11,578 nt of DNA from Octopus sinensis. Taxonomy: Eukaryota. A program made the position numbers and the translations under genes. Location of the stretch: NCBI RefSeq assembly GCF_006345805.1, contig NW_021827056.1:1-11578 (forward strand), given 5' to 3'. Below are positions 1 to 9,793 of this stretch, in pieces; within the stretch, counting starts at the first letter, position 1, and every line of letters starts with the position of its first letter. The notes under the pieces were generated by a model. The model ran no database searches, was not told where the DNA came from, and saw only the letters and a program-made list of their open reading frames with translations.

Positions 1-135
1 ATAATAATATTGCTGCACGGATTTTGTAAGTGAACAGGTCGCGGTTTCAAAACTACGAAAATATTTTGACAAATGTTGAAGTGAATCTAACGGTTTTTGT
101 GTGTTTTTAAATGGCTTCCACGCTGCAATTGTTTG

Positions 136-675
136 TAATAATATAATATAAGGAATGTGAATATTAGTGTGTCAGTGTGTCACATTATTTCAACTTTACT
201 CCTACAGGCCGTAGCCCAACATATCATACCACTTTGGAATCAGGCTGACTCCGTGAGTAAATTAAAAACATTCCGGGCCGAATCCGGACCCACAATCCTA
301 AAATTTTGGATTCTCAAGTTTTCCTTACTCTAATTGTTTTCGGCGTTTTTTTACGTGACTTTTAGCGACAAATCTTTTTGCGTGATAACAATTTTTATAA
401 CCTAAATGATAACTCCGTGAGTAAATTAAAAACATTCTGGGCCGAATCCGGACCTGTTATACGGAAATTTTAGATTCCTATGTTTTCGGCGATTCTTTTA
501 CATGATTTTTTTGCAATGAATATGATCCTCATTGGGATATGACTCTGGAGGAAGCAATTGCAACGAATTCAAGAAAATAAGTCAGAGATCTGTTTGCAGA
601 TCTTTTCCATTCGAGGCCAGTTGCTTAAAACCTATATACTTGCCCGATTGCCCGATTGGGTGGCTTTTAAGCTAG
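136..675 (+). mobile_element. Probable non-autonomous Helitron-like element (3' end recognisable, 5' boundary uncertain)
   Basis: Ends in CTAG (672-675) followed by T. A short GC hairpin CCC-GATT-GGG (651-660) lies 11 nt upstream of the CTAG, the usual Helitron 3' arrangement. It has an internal diverged direct repeat (248-290 / 412-454) and a hairpin AGATCTG-TTTG-CAGATCT (586-603). No clear 5' TC was found, and the terminal hairpin is short. Confidence 0.4.
248..454 (+). repeat. Direct repeat of 43 bp, two copies 164 bp apart
   Basis: ACTCCGTGAGTAAATTAAAAACATTCYGGGCCGAATCCGGACC at 248-290 and 412-454, 42/43 identical. Weaker similarity continues downstream of each copy (AAATTTTRGATTC...TGTTTTCGGCG). 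Confidence 0.95.
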
Positions 676-676
676 T

Positions 677-700
677 ACACACACACACACACACACACAC
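677..700. repeat. (AC)n microsatellite at the end of the adjacent SINE
   Basis: Perfect AC run directly abutting the SINE at 701. Confidence 0.95.
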
Positions 701-840
701 GACGGGCTTCTTTCAGTTTCCGTCTATCAAAGCCATTCACTAGGCTTTGGACTGCCCGAGGTGCCATGCAATGGGACTGAACCTGGAACCATGTTGTTGT
801 TGGGAAGAAAGCTTCTTACACACAGGCCACACCTGTGCCT
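701..840 (-). mobile_element. tRNA-derived SINE fragment, family A copy 1 (internally deleted)
   Basis: The minus strand has a Pol III B-box-like GGTTCAGTCCC (773-783) downstream of a degenerate A box. It aligns with a second copy at 2899-3044 (GGCTTCTTTCAGTTTC...GGACTGAACC...ACCATGT). The family resembles an abundant octopus SINE (recalled, not searched). Confidence 0.85.
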
Positions 841-893
841 ATATATATATATATATATAATATATATAATATATATACATATACTATATATAT
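841..893. repeat. (TA)n microsatellite
   Basis: Imperfect TA run. Confidence 0.9.
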
Positions 894-1147
894 GTTCGCA
901 TAAACTGTCCCGTTTGTTGTATTTTTGTATTTTTATTTTCTCTTATATTATTCGTTAGACTGCACGCATTTTTTTTCTCTCCTTCTTTCTGTGTTTTTCT
1001 CTCTCTGTGTATCTTTCTGTTGAAGAGCGTAGGCTCGAAACGTTAAAGACTTGTTTTATTTATATTTCCTGAGCGCCATACTAATACAATTGTTCGTTTG
1101 TTTTCCACCTGCCTTCGTCTTTTGTTTATTTTCATAAAGCTTCCCGT
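894..1147 (+). mobile_element. Probable Penelope-like element terminal (pLTR-type) fragment between two (TA)n tracts
   Basis: T-rich ~255-bp segment bounded by (TA)n on both sides. It contains the hammerhead-like motif at 1012-1049, whose layout is typical of Penelope-like element termini. Confidence 0.5.
1012..1049 (+). ncRNA. Minimal type I hammerhead-ribozyme-like motif with variant core (CUGUUGA)
   Basis: Stem I TCTTT(1012-1016)/AAAGA(1045-1049); core CTGTTGA (1017-1023) plus an extra A; stem II GAGC-GTAG-GCTC (1025-1036); GAAA (1037-1040); palindromic ACGT in place of stem III; predicted site after GUU (1044). One core position differs from CUGANGA. Confidence 0.6.
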
Positions 1148-1284
1148 TATATATATATATATGTTTTGTTAAAAAAAGGAATATATATATGTATATATAG
1201 TTACAGATTCAGTCAAGGACATTATATATTATTTATATTTGTTTGTGCATATACATCATACTGGTCTTATATAACGAACGTTGA

Positions 1285-1890
1285 CACACACACACAGAAA
1301 AACACACACACACACACACAGATACACAGATAGAAATACACACAAACACACAACCATATATGGAATGAAACATGTTTACACGTTTGTTTGAAGTCCGCAG
1401 ATTTCATTTTCTGACTTGGCTTTTTCCATTGTGAATATTTACTTGAGAAACATCGGAGACCCGACGGGAACTTTGTAAGAAAAATTCTTTTCCTTTCTTA
1501 CTTGAATAGAAACATCAAACACACAGAACAAACAAACAAACACACACACACACACGTACGCACGTACGCACACACACACGTACGCACGTACGCACACACA
1601 CACAGACACACACACACGTAGGCACGTACGCACACACTAATAGATACAGTGAATGAATGATATATATATATATCAATATACATGTAAGTGAATATATTAT
1701 ACATGCGCACACATGCATATATACATATATATATACATATATACATACATATATGCAACTATATGCATGAGAATACATACATAAAGCAAAACACACACAC
1801 ATACATACATACATACATACATACATACATACATACATACATAACATACATACATACATACATACATACATAGATAAATGCATACATACA
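1285..1890. repeat. Compound microsatellite region: (AC)n, CACGTACG-containing higher-order repeat, (TA)n, (ATAC)n
   Basis: (AC)n 1285-1350, CACACACGTACGCACGTACG units 1541-1637, TA/ATAC-rich 1660-1790, (ATAC)n 1797-1890. A short unique spacer lies at 1350-1510. Confidence 0.9.
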
Positions 1891-2815
1891 AAAAAAATAA
1901 CCTGTTGTTGACGTTGAAATTCCAGTGAAGGAGCCTTAAATCTAGGTTAGAAACCGGCTCTTTCTCTATTGGTAAGAAATCTTGAAATAAACCTGAACAA
2001 TGACTTAGGCACGTATGACCGACTTTATTCTTTAAGTACTTTCCGACAGGCTTCAGTAGGCTGAAGTTTAAAAACAAGCTTTTAATAAATCAGCGTGCAG
2101 TCTAGGCGTCACTGTTTAATGAACACCGAATATTTGACATTGACAACGCTTAATCATAGAAACATTTAAACCAATCAAAGACACCGATAGAAGATTTGGC
2201 TACAATCAGATGTTCAGGAACATCTGATATTACTGGTACCGCCATAAATATTTTAAAAATAAAATTAAGTGAAAATTCGGATTAATAACACTGTCAAAAT
2301 TACAACAGATTTTGAGTAAAATTATTATTGTTGTTGTTGTTATTGTTCATTCAAAACGGGTTTAAGCTTTCTCAATAAAGTTATTTTTCCTTTACTCTTC
2401 TTCCAAGTCCACTTGAATCGCAAAGTTTGTAAAATGGGAATATTAAAAACATTTTCTTACCACATTTTTCTAAACGATTGCTTAATGGGATCTGACAAAC
2501 ACCAGGGTGCCTTATTTGTTGGCGATGTACTTGTGTGCGTTCTGATCATGAGCTTCCCGTCTGGTCAATATATATATTTCTCCACAATGTGGGTGTTTCA
2601 TATAGTAGATTTTTGTTTTTGCAATTTATATTTGCATCTTTTTTTTTGTGTTGATATACTGACCGTGTTGCCAGGTAATAAAACAGTAGGTATTTAAAAT
2701 AAAAATTCTTTTTATTTGGTGAGAAGTAGGGGTATACTATCTCTAAATTAAAATATATTTCTTCATTGAGAATAATTTGAACCTCTGTTATGCCGGAATT
2801 TTATTCCCTAAAAAT

Positions 2816-2848
2816 AATATTTAAATATATATATATAATATATATATA

Positions 2849-2886
<38 letters not shown>

Positions 2887-2888
2887 TA
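2816..2888. repeat. (TA)n microsatellite
   Basis: Imperfect TA run next to SINE copy 2. Confidence 0.9.
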
Positions 2889-2898
2889 AAAACGAACC

Positions 2899-3044
2899 GG
2901 CTTCTTTCAGTTTCTGTCTACCAAATTCATTTACAAGGCTCTGGGTTGGCCCGAAGCTATAGAAGAAGACACTTGCCCAAGGTGTCACAACAATTGGACT
3001 GAACCCAAAACCATGTGGCTAGGAAGCAAGATTGTTACCACACA
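2899..3044 (-). mobile_element. tRNA-derived SINE fragment, family A copy 2
   Basis: Homologous to 701-840 along its length. It retains the CTATAGAAGAAGACACTTGCCCAAGG segment missing from copy 1 and has a B-box-like GGTTCAGTCC on the minus strand. Confidence 0.85.
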
Positions 3045-3149
3045 AGTTTTTTTTTTAAATTTTCGGCTTTAGAATTATAAGCAGCTCAGTGACCGGTGCC
3101 GTTGAGCTTTGAAAATCATTTATATTATTTTGCAGCTGAATATGTGTCC

Positions 3150-3212
3150 ATGTGTGTGTACGTGTGTGTGTGTGTGCGTGTGTGTGCGTGTGTGCGTGTG
3201 TGTGTGTGTGTG
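3150..3212. repeat. (TG)n microsatellite
   Basis: TG/CG dinucleotide run. Confidence 0.95.
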
Positions 3213-3313
3213 CATAATTTTGTTGTGTTCGCACATTTGTTTCTTCTCGTGAGTGAGAAGTGCTTTGAATGGTTGATCCTTCGCAGATCTAGAGTGGGCG
3301 AGCGACCACGATC

Positions 3314-3597
3314 GCAGCAACAGAAACAACATCTCCACCACAAACCACTGCCACAACCGCTGCTATCACCGCCATCAGCAATAATGCCAACAACTACCAC
3401 CACTACCACCACACTCATCACCACCACCACAACTATCATCATCCTCATCACCATGGTCATCATCACAATCATCGCTAGCAGCATCAGCAGCAGCACCACC
3501 ACCACCACTACCACCACAACCACCGCCACTACCACCACCACCACCACCACCACCACCACACCACTACCACTATCATCATTGTCGTCGTCGTCGCCGA

Positions 3598-3629
<32 letters not shown>

Positions 3630-3747
3630 AGAACACTAGCAGCAGCAGAAGCAGGCCCACCACCACCACCACCACCACCACCACCACCACAACTACCATC
3701 ACCACCACCATCACAACCACCGCCACCTCCTCTGACAACAATAACAA
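3314..3747. repeat. Compound trinucleotide microsatellite (CAC/CAT/CAG/CAA)n
   Basis: Successive ACC, ATC, AGC and GTC runs. These produce the low-complexity poly-T/S/P and poly-V ORFs in the track. Confidence 0.9.
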
Positions 3748-4142
3748 TGGTTTCCGATTCAAAATGTCGGCTGTCGAAATTTGCAGTTTTTTGTTATTAA
3801 AAGTTCTAACCGTTTTCAGCCTTAATTCGTGTCAGTGTGGGGAAGCAGCAATATATACACACACAACATCTGCCTCAGTCTTGTAAGCTTTAAGCTGTAG
3901 ACATTTCGGAAACAGCTACGTAAACTTGCGCAAGAATTATGGACTTACATAATTATTTACGGTACTTTCTGTTTGAAATATAAGGCCTTTCGAATGTTCG
4001 TAATGCAACGTCTGCATTTGATTGTTTTCAGATTCCAAACCTCGACCTTTCCATATAAATAAATAACGATTGAGTTCTTTATTACTTGATATAGGTAAAC
4101 GCAAAAGTCCTCTGGGTATCACTGTATCGAGTCTCATTAATC

Positions 4143-4377
4143 TTAGGGTCGCTTAACCGGTTTCCGTTGCATATAAATGATCGCGATCACAACATTCGCT
4201 CCCTCTGAACGGGACACCAGTTTGTTGCAGTGTTGCTTATTTACTGCTGAGAAAACTGCAGCAACGCGAAAAGAAATGTTTTTATCTAGAACATAACGCA
4301 TCATCCGGTCTGGGAATTGAAACCGCAATCTTGCGATTGGGAGTGCAACGGCCGAACCATTAGAAGGTGCATCTTCA
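4143..4377 (-). mobile_element. Degenerate tRNA-derived SINE, family B head with a central domain
   Basis: Minus-strand B-box region GGTTTCAATTCCCAGACCGG (4305-4324) matches 6270-6289 at 19/20. The downstream minus-strand text ACTGGTGTCCCGTTCAGAGGG...ATGCAACGGAAACCGG resembles the conserved central domain of metazoan SINEs (MetaSINE-like, recalled). Confidence 0.7.
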
Positions 4378-5005
4378 CCACTTGATACATGACCCAAGTG
4401 TTTTTGTGTATTTGTGTGTGGTAGGGAAGTGCCGATTTCATTATAAAAATCGTCTTTCGATTCGCTCTTCCTTTTCAGTAACTTACTAGTTGATTAGCGT
4501 TTTATTTTCATTGGCCAGGGTCCAACGAGGAACAGATGCTAAACTGACCTCAATCGTATCTGAATTTAGATCCCAAAGAGATGATGCGAGCTCATTCTCA
4601 TCCGATGTCCTTTCGGACAAATGAACGCCTGCTGTGTCCCTTCCTGCTTCCCGAGGCTTCGTAGTCTCCGTTGCAGCAGTCCATGTCACGACTTATAGTT
4701 TTTACGATGTTCACAGAGCATTGAGCAACAGTCGTGATGTCGGCATTTTGATACCTGGCGTAAATCATTCATGATACGAGTAACTCTTTACCAATATTCA
4801 GATGGCTTCCAGTCCTCCATGTCAGCTAACTGTTTCTCAACAACAACTTTAATATTTATGCTCTCCAACGCTGTTGACTGTTCACAAATATATTAAGGTG
4901 TTCCTGAAAAAAGGTGACGTAATAAGATGTCAAATTTAGCCCGAACATTCTGTATAACAACATTATCATTTATGCGAACGATAATAAAGCACAAATCGAT
5001 AATAT

Positions 5006-5280
5006 TGCTCTTATGATAGCAGGCACAAATGATAACCTGTTACCGAGATACAAGAGCTGTAAGCTTATCGTTGGTTCACCATAGATATTCTCTTTTCTCT
5101 AACTTTTGATGAGATATTCCCATCCACCACCGGTTGGCTGATCTCTACAACAGTGCAGGATTTTTGCTCCTTGTTCCATAGAGCAATATCTGGCTTGTTG
5201 TGTAAATACTGAATTCTTGATTTTATTGGAATTCTTCACCTGCTTCCTTTATTTTTGAAGTGTGTATATATCCTAGATTT
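5006..5280 (-). pseudogene. Decayed restriction-like endonuclease (PD-(D/E)xK type) domain of an early-branching non-LTR retrotransposon (R2/R4/NeSL group)
   Basis: Manual minus-strand translation from 5202 gives HNKPDIALWNKEQKSCTVVEISQPVVDGNISSKVREK, then after a frameshift ENIYGEPTISLQLLYLGNRLSFVPAIIRA. This fits the xKPDI...(D/E)...K...Y...P-I-I-G pattern of RLE LINEs. Not in the ORF track. Confidence 0.8.
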
Positions 5281-5444
5281 CGTGTATCTCTAATGTAGCT
5301 GTCACTTCAATTCTTCATGCTAACAGATAGTAAAAACGGTAAAGCGAAAATGTCATTCATGTCTAATAGAAAAAGTAGTCCTTTGCAGATATTTTTTGAA
5401 TTGCTACTAATGATGTTTCGCTTACGAGAAGTAAGCGAAACTCA

Positions 5445-6100
5445 CCAACTGTTATACTAAATCGAGTTGATGATTTTCTATATTTGGCCAGCTGGATAAG
5501 TTCATCAAAAAACGACATTGACATTACGATTACCAAAGCCTGGGCTGCTGCAATGAACAAACTGGAAAAGATATGGAAGTCAGATCCATACAGAAAGATC
5601 AAAATATCATTCTTCAGAACATCTGTTGAGTCTGTTGTTATATGGATCACGTACATTGGCCCTGACGACACAAACATTTGAGAAGAAACTAGATGGTGCA
5701 TACACTAAAGTGCTTAGCGTTCTACAAAGCACGACTTGGCGTCAACAAATAAAAGTTTATACGGAAACTTACTCAAGATAAGAAATACATTTGTTCAAAG
5801 ACGATTAAGATTTGCAGGACATTGCAGGAGAAAGAAGCAGGAAGTTACAGAAGCTATTATTGTAGGAACCAACTCACGGAAAACGCAGTAAAGGAAGACT
5901 TTCTCAAACATTAACTGGCAGACGATACGTATTAACTGGCAGACGATACGTATTAACTGGCAGACGATACGTATTAACTGGCAGACGATACAAAGCTCAG
6001 TAATGGGCAGCTATCACGAGCAATAGAAACTCGTGAATTGTGGAGAGAGACTTCGTGAGGAATGTTCGACTGTGGTCACAATGACGATTACTGCTGATGT
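5445..6100 (+). pseudogene. Decayed 3' end of an RTE-clade LINE ORF2 (end of RT and C-terminal domain)
   Basis: VDDFLYLASWISSSKNDIDITITKAW..MNKLEKIWKS..KIKISFFRTSVESV from 5466 (FxYLGS-like), EKKLDGAYTK (5680-5709), RRLRFAGHC (5799-5825) and KLLL*EPTHGKRSKGR (5851-5898). Frameshifts and an in-frame stop are present. Confidence 0.88.
5910..5991 (+). repeat. Perfect 21-bp minisatellite, 3.9 copies, inside the RTE fragment
   Basis: ATTAACTGGCAGACGATACGT at 5910, 5931 and 5952, plus a 19-bp partial copy at 5973, with no mismatches. Confidence 0.97.
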
Positions 6101-6230
6101 GAGCAATCTCTTCCTACCTGTTAAGGAGTAGTCGTAATTTTCTGTCACAATTTGGAAATATCAAGGTACCCTTGTCCTGTTGTTCCGGTACTTAGTTTGC
6201 TATCACCTGTTCTTGAACAGCAAAAGCGGT

Positions 6231-6778
6231 GGAGGCGAAATGGCCCAGTGGTTAGGGCAGCGGACTCACGGTTTCGATTCCCAGACCGGGCATTGTGTGT
6301 GTTTATTGAGCGAAAACACCTAAAGCTCCACGAAGCTCCGGCAGGGGGTGGGTGGCGACCCCTGTTGTACTCTTTCGCCCCAAATTTCTCTCACTCTTTC
6401 TTCCTGTTTCTTTGTCCCCGACTTCCTACGCAACCGCTGAGCCTGGATGCGCATTCATCCATCCGTCGATGCTCTTCTGCTTTCTCTTCTGCGGGTCTTA
6501 TGAATAGCAAAGGACCACGTTTCGGACTTCTCCCTTTGGGACGAAGACAGCTTCGCTCAACAGATCCAGGAGAGGTTACAATTCCTGTCAATGTTAAATG
6601 GTATTCTCTCGCTTGCGGCATATTAACGAATGCATAAACGTCTGGCGAGGCAACGAATATTGGCTGTTCAAGGTTCTCGTTAAGCAGGTTAGTGCAGCTA
6701 CCCTCAATTTCATGATGAGCGGCTGTACGTTCAGAACACCTATTCAAGAGGTCTTTATCTAATCTTATGATATTATTT
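6231..6778 (+). mobile_element. tRNA-derived SINE, family B head with a long body
   Basis: A box TGGCCCAGTGG (6241-6251) and B box GGTTTCGATTCCC (6270-6282). The GC-richer body ends in a TATTATT-type tail near 6771-6778. The head is homologous to 4305-4324 on the minus strand. The 3' boundary is approximate. Confidence 0.8.
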
Positions 6779-6864
6779 TCGCTATAGAGTACATATACAA
6801 TGCACCCATTTCTCTCTTTGCTGTTCGGTGGGGTGTCCTATCTATCTCTCTAACTATATAGATC

Positions 6865-7032
6865 TGTGTCTGTGTGTCTATGTGTATATGTATGCAAGTA
6901 TGTCTTTATTATCGTATGTATATGTATGTGTGTGTGTGTGTGTGTGTGTGTGCATGTGTACGTGTATACATAACCCCATATAAATATTTCTATGCGTGCA
7001 CGTATATATGATTTGTGGCTTGTACGTTTGTG

Positions 7033-7107
<75 letters not shown>

Positions 7108-7680
7108 CATATCTAATATACACATTCTATATATACACGTGAGTGGTGTGTTAAAAATAAATTGTCAGAAGTAAAAATCACACTTCCTGCGACATAATCT
7201 GGCGACACTTTACCACTAAGCTAACCGAAACAAAAACAATCACACACACACACACACACACACACACACCACACACACACACACGCACACGTTGTATATA
7301 TATATATATATATAATTAGATATCCACAGATATACATATATCTTATATCTATACACACTACACACACACACATACATATGCATTCATATATGTTTGTGTG
7401 CAGACACACATATGTACATACATTGTATGTATATATGTATATATATATATATATATATAGATATATATATATATATATAGATAATATATAGATATATACA
7501 TATATACATATAATGTATCTATATATACTTATATGTACATATAGATGTTATATATATATATATATATGCATATATATGTACATATATGTATGTATATGTA
7601 TGTGTGTATATATATATATATATGTATATTCACACACACACACACACACATATGTATACATACACACCTACATATACACA
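6865..7680. repeat. Compound (TG)n/(TA)n/(AC)n microsatellite field
   Basis: (TG)n 6926-6952, (TA)n 7033-7107, (AC)n 7241-7290, (TA)n-rich 7295-7630, (AC)n 7631-7680, with a short unique spacer at ~7140-7235. Confidence 0.9.
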
Positions 7681-7806
7681 TGAATGAAAAAAAGAACAAT
7701 AGATTTTACAAACGAACAACAACAAAACCAAAATAAAGAATCTTTTTCTTTTTTCTTTTCCTTCTCTCTATATTCTGCTTGTTGCTTATTCCATTCTTTG
7801 TTTTCT

Positions 7807-7890
7807 CGCTGTTGTTGTTGCAACTGCTGCTACTGCTGCTGCCGCTGCTGCTACCCCTGTTGTTGTCGTCGTTGTTGTTGTGTTGTTGTG
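7807..7890. repeat. (GTT/GCT)n trinucleotide microsatellite
   Basis: GTT, GCT and GTC runs, the source of the poly-C and poly-L ORFs. Confidence 0.9.
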
Positions 7891-7982
7891 CAGATATATA
7901 TATATTCTCAAGGAATTTTAAGCTTGAATTAATGATATGTAACTGGAGAGCTGAAGACTGTCACGAATTTGGTAACACTTAC

Positions 7983-8171
7983 TGCGAGACGACGGTTGCT
8001 TGACGGGAAATCACCAAAATAATTTGTGCAAGACAGCGACCATTGTAATGGCGTACGCTGTGTTAAGGTTGCGCTGGTGAGAGCTTAGGCGGTAATAACG
8101 TGTTTCTCTCGTGTTGATCGTGGAAACGTGGGAAGCGATCGGTGGAGGGTTCTCTTCCGCTGGTTGACGCA
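7983..8171 (-). other. Possible non-coding (UTR/lncRNA) exon
   Basis: A unique, CpG-retaining island bounded on the minus strand by an acceptor-like TTGTCCTGTTTTCAG (AG at 8173-8172) and a donor GTAAGT (7982-7977). All three frames contain a stop. Confidence 0.25.
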
Positions 8172-8422
8172 CTGAAAACAGGACAACATCCCTTCGAAGA
8201 ATGAGAATAACATGCCATTTTTTTTTGCGGGTTTGCTTGTTTGTATGCTTGTTCGTTGGTTTGTTTGCGTTTTGTTTTTGTTTTTGTTATTGTGTGTGTA
8301 GGTGGAGAGAGAATGGAGAATGATTTTTTTTTCTTGTGTTTATTTTTATCATTTTTTATCGTTGTTTTTATCGTTTTTTTCTCTCCAAATTTGAACAGTC
8401 ATCCGTGGCTAAAGATGGAAGT

Positions 8423-8899
8423 GGGGAGAGGAAGAGAGAGAGAGAGAGGAGAGAGAGAGGGGATGTAGATACATAGAAGAAAAGAGAGAGCCTGAGAGAG
8501 AGAGAGTGAGAGACTGAGAGGTAGAGTGAGAGAGGGAGAGTGAGAAAGAAAGAAGGATGCAAATACATAGAAGAAAAGAGAGAGATTGAGAGAGAGAGAG
8601 AGCGAGAGAGGGAGAGAGAATGTAACAAAGAGAGAAAGTGAGAGAGAGAGGGGGGAGGATGTATATACATAGTAAAAAGAAAAGAGAGAGAGACTCAGAG
8701 AGGGAAAGAGACTGAGAGAAAGAGAGAGGGAGAGAGAAAGCGAGAGAGAAAGAAAGAGAGAGAGGAGATAGAGAGAGGAAGAGAGAGAGAGAGGAAGAGA
8801 AAGAGAGAGAGAGAGAAAGACGTAGAGAGACAAAAAGATAAAAAGAAAGGAACAGCTACAGAGTGAAAAAGACGTAAATATTTAGGCAGAAAGTGAGAG

Positions 8900-8936
<37 letters not shown>

Positions 8937-8952
8937 AAGCGAAGGAGGGAGA
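8423..8952. repeat. (GA)n polypurine tract with an embedded ~100-bp higher-order repeat
   Basis: GA-rich throughout. The motif GGATGYANATACATAG recurs at 8461, 8555 and 8657. Confidence 0.9.
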
Positions 8953-9054
8953 TTAGCAGCGGAAAGGGTTTCTTATTGTCTGATATGGAAGAAGTTGAAT
9001 GGATGACAAAAAAACAAAAAAAAAGGGGAGGATAGAGTGGGTGGTGTGTCTGAA

Positions 9055-9166
9055 TATATGTGTAAGAGTGTGAGTGTTGTGTGTGTGAGAGAGAGAGAGA
9101 GAGAGGAAGACAGTATAAGTATAGAGTAATCGGAGGTGGTGGTGGTGGTCGTGTGTGTGTGTGTGT

Positions 9167-9208
<42 letters not shown>

Positions 9209-9299
9209 GTGTTAAATACAGTTGGCATATTTTTGGTATTTCGATGCCACAAAGTAAACTTCCTTTTGTTGCTTGCTCACTTTGACTTATTCTTATACC

Positions 9300-9386
<87 letters not shown>

Positions 9387-9745
9387 CGCGTATACACGTA
9401 CAAACATATACACACACAATCATAAATAAACACAAGCACACACATACTTGTAATAGACACACAGACGTTGACACACTCATAAATCTACGCTTTATACATC
9501 ATATACATACGCGTGCTTGCACAAACACATACACATATAACAAATCTACACCTACTCAACACGCACACATAGTATATATATATATAATATATATTATATA
9601 TATATATATATATATATCAATCAATCACAATATCTATCTATCTATCTATCTACATCCGTTCATCCATTCTTCCACCTATCCACCCATCCAGCCATCCACC
9701 CATCCATCCAAACATTCGTACGTACATACATACATACATATATAA
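9055..9745. repeat. Compound microsatellite field (TG, GA, GGT, TA, AC, ATCT, ATCC, ATAC)
   Basis: Successive simple repeats with short unique spacers. Confidence 0.9.
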
Positions 9746-9793
9746 AATGCAATATTATATATTCACATATTACTCACTTTACCTTTAGTGTCA

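Noticed and set aside
1-135. Possible fragment of another interspersed repeat cut by the window edge
   Set aside because: It looks familiar, but there is no second copy or structural hallmark in the window to support a call.
1439-2077. Cluster of overlapping ORFs (also those at 6850-8003, 8241-9745 and 10590-11572)
   Set aside because: Translations such as YIYI, CVCV, HTHT and LSLS are direct read-outs of simple repeats.
3096-3800. 234-aa ORF, the longest in the track, mucin- or extensin-like
   Set aside because: Built from (TG)n and trinucleotide microsatellites that lack stops in several frames on both strands. GTG start and no domain.
4486-4689. 67-aa minus ORF with LWDLNSDTI, faintly like BEL/Pao pol
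   Set aside because: One short motif with no supporting flanking similarity.
5910-5991. CRISPR-like array
   Set aside because: Repeats are head-to-tail with no spacers, there are no cas genes, and the context is eukaryotic.
6231-6290. tRNA gene
   Set aside because: A and B boxes are only 18 nt apart, there is no complete cloverleaf, and the sequence continues into a SINE body.
6512-6567. Minus-strand GGAT-CTGTTGA...GAAACGTG-GTCC hammerhead-like match
   Set aside because: Non-canonical core, G at the cleavage position, no simple stem II, and antisense to the SINE promoter. Likely chance.
6152-6747. 161-aa (+) and 118-aa (-) ORFs
   Set aside because: They lie over the SINE and show no recognisable protein motif.
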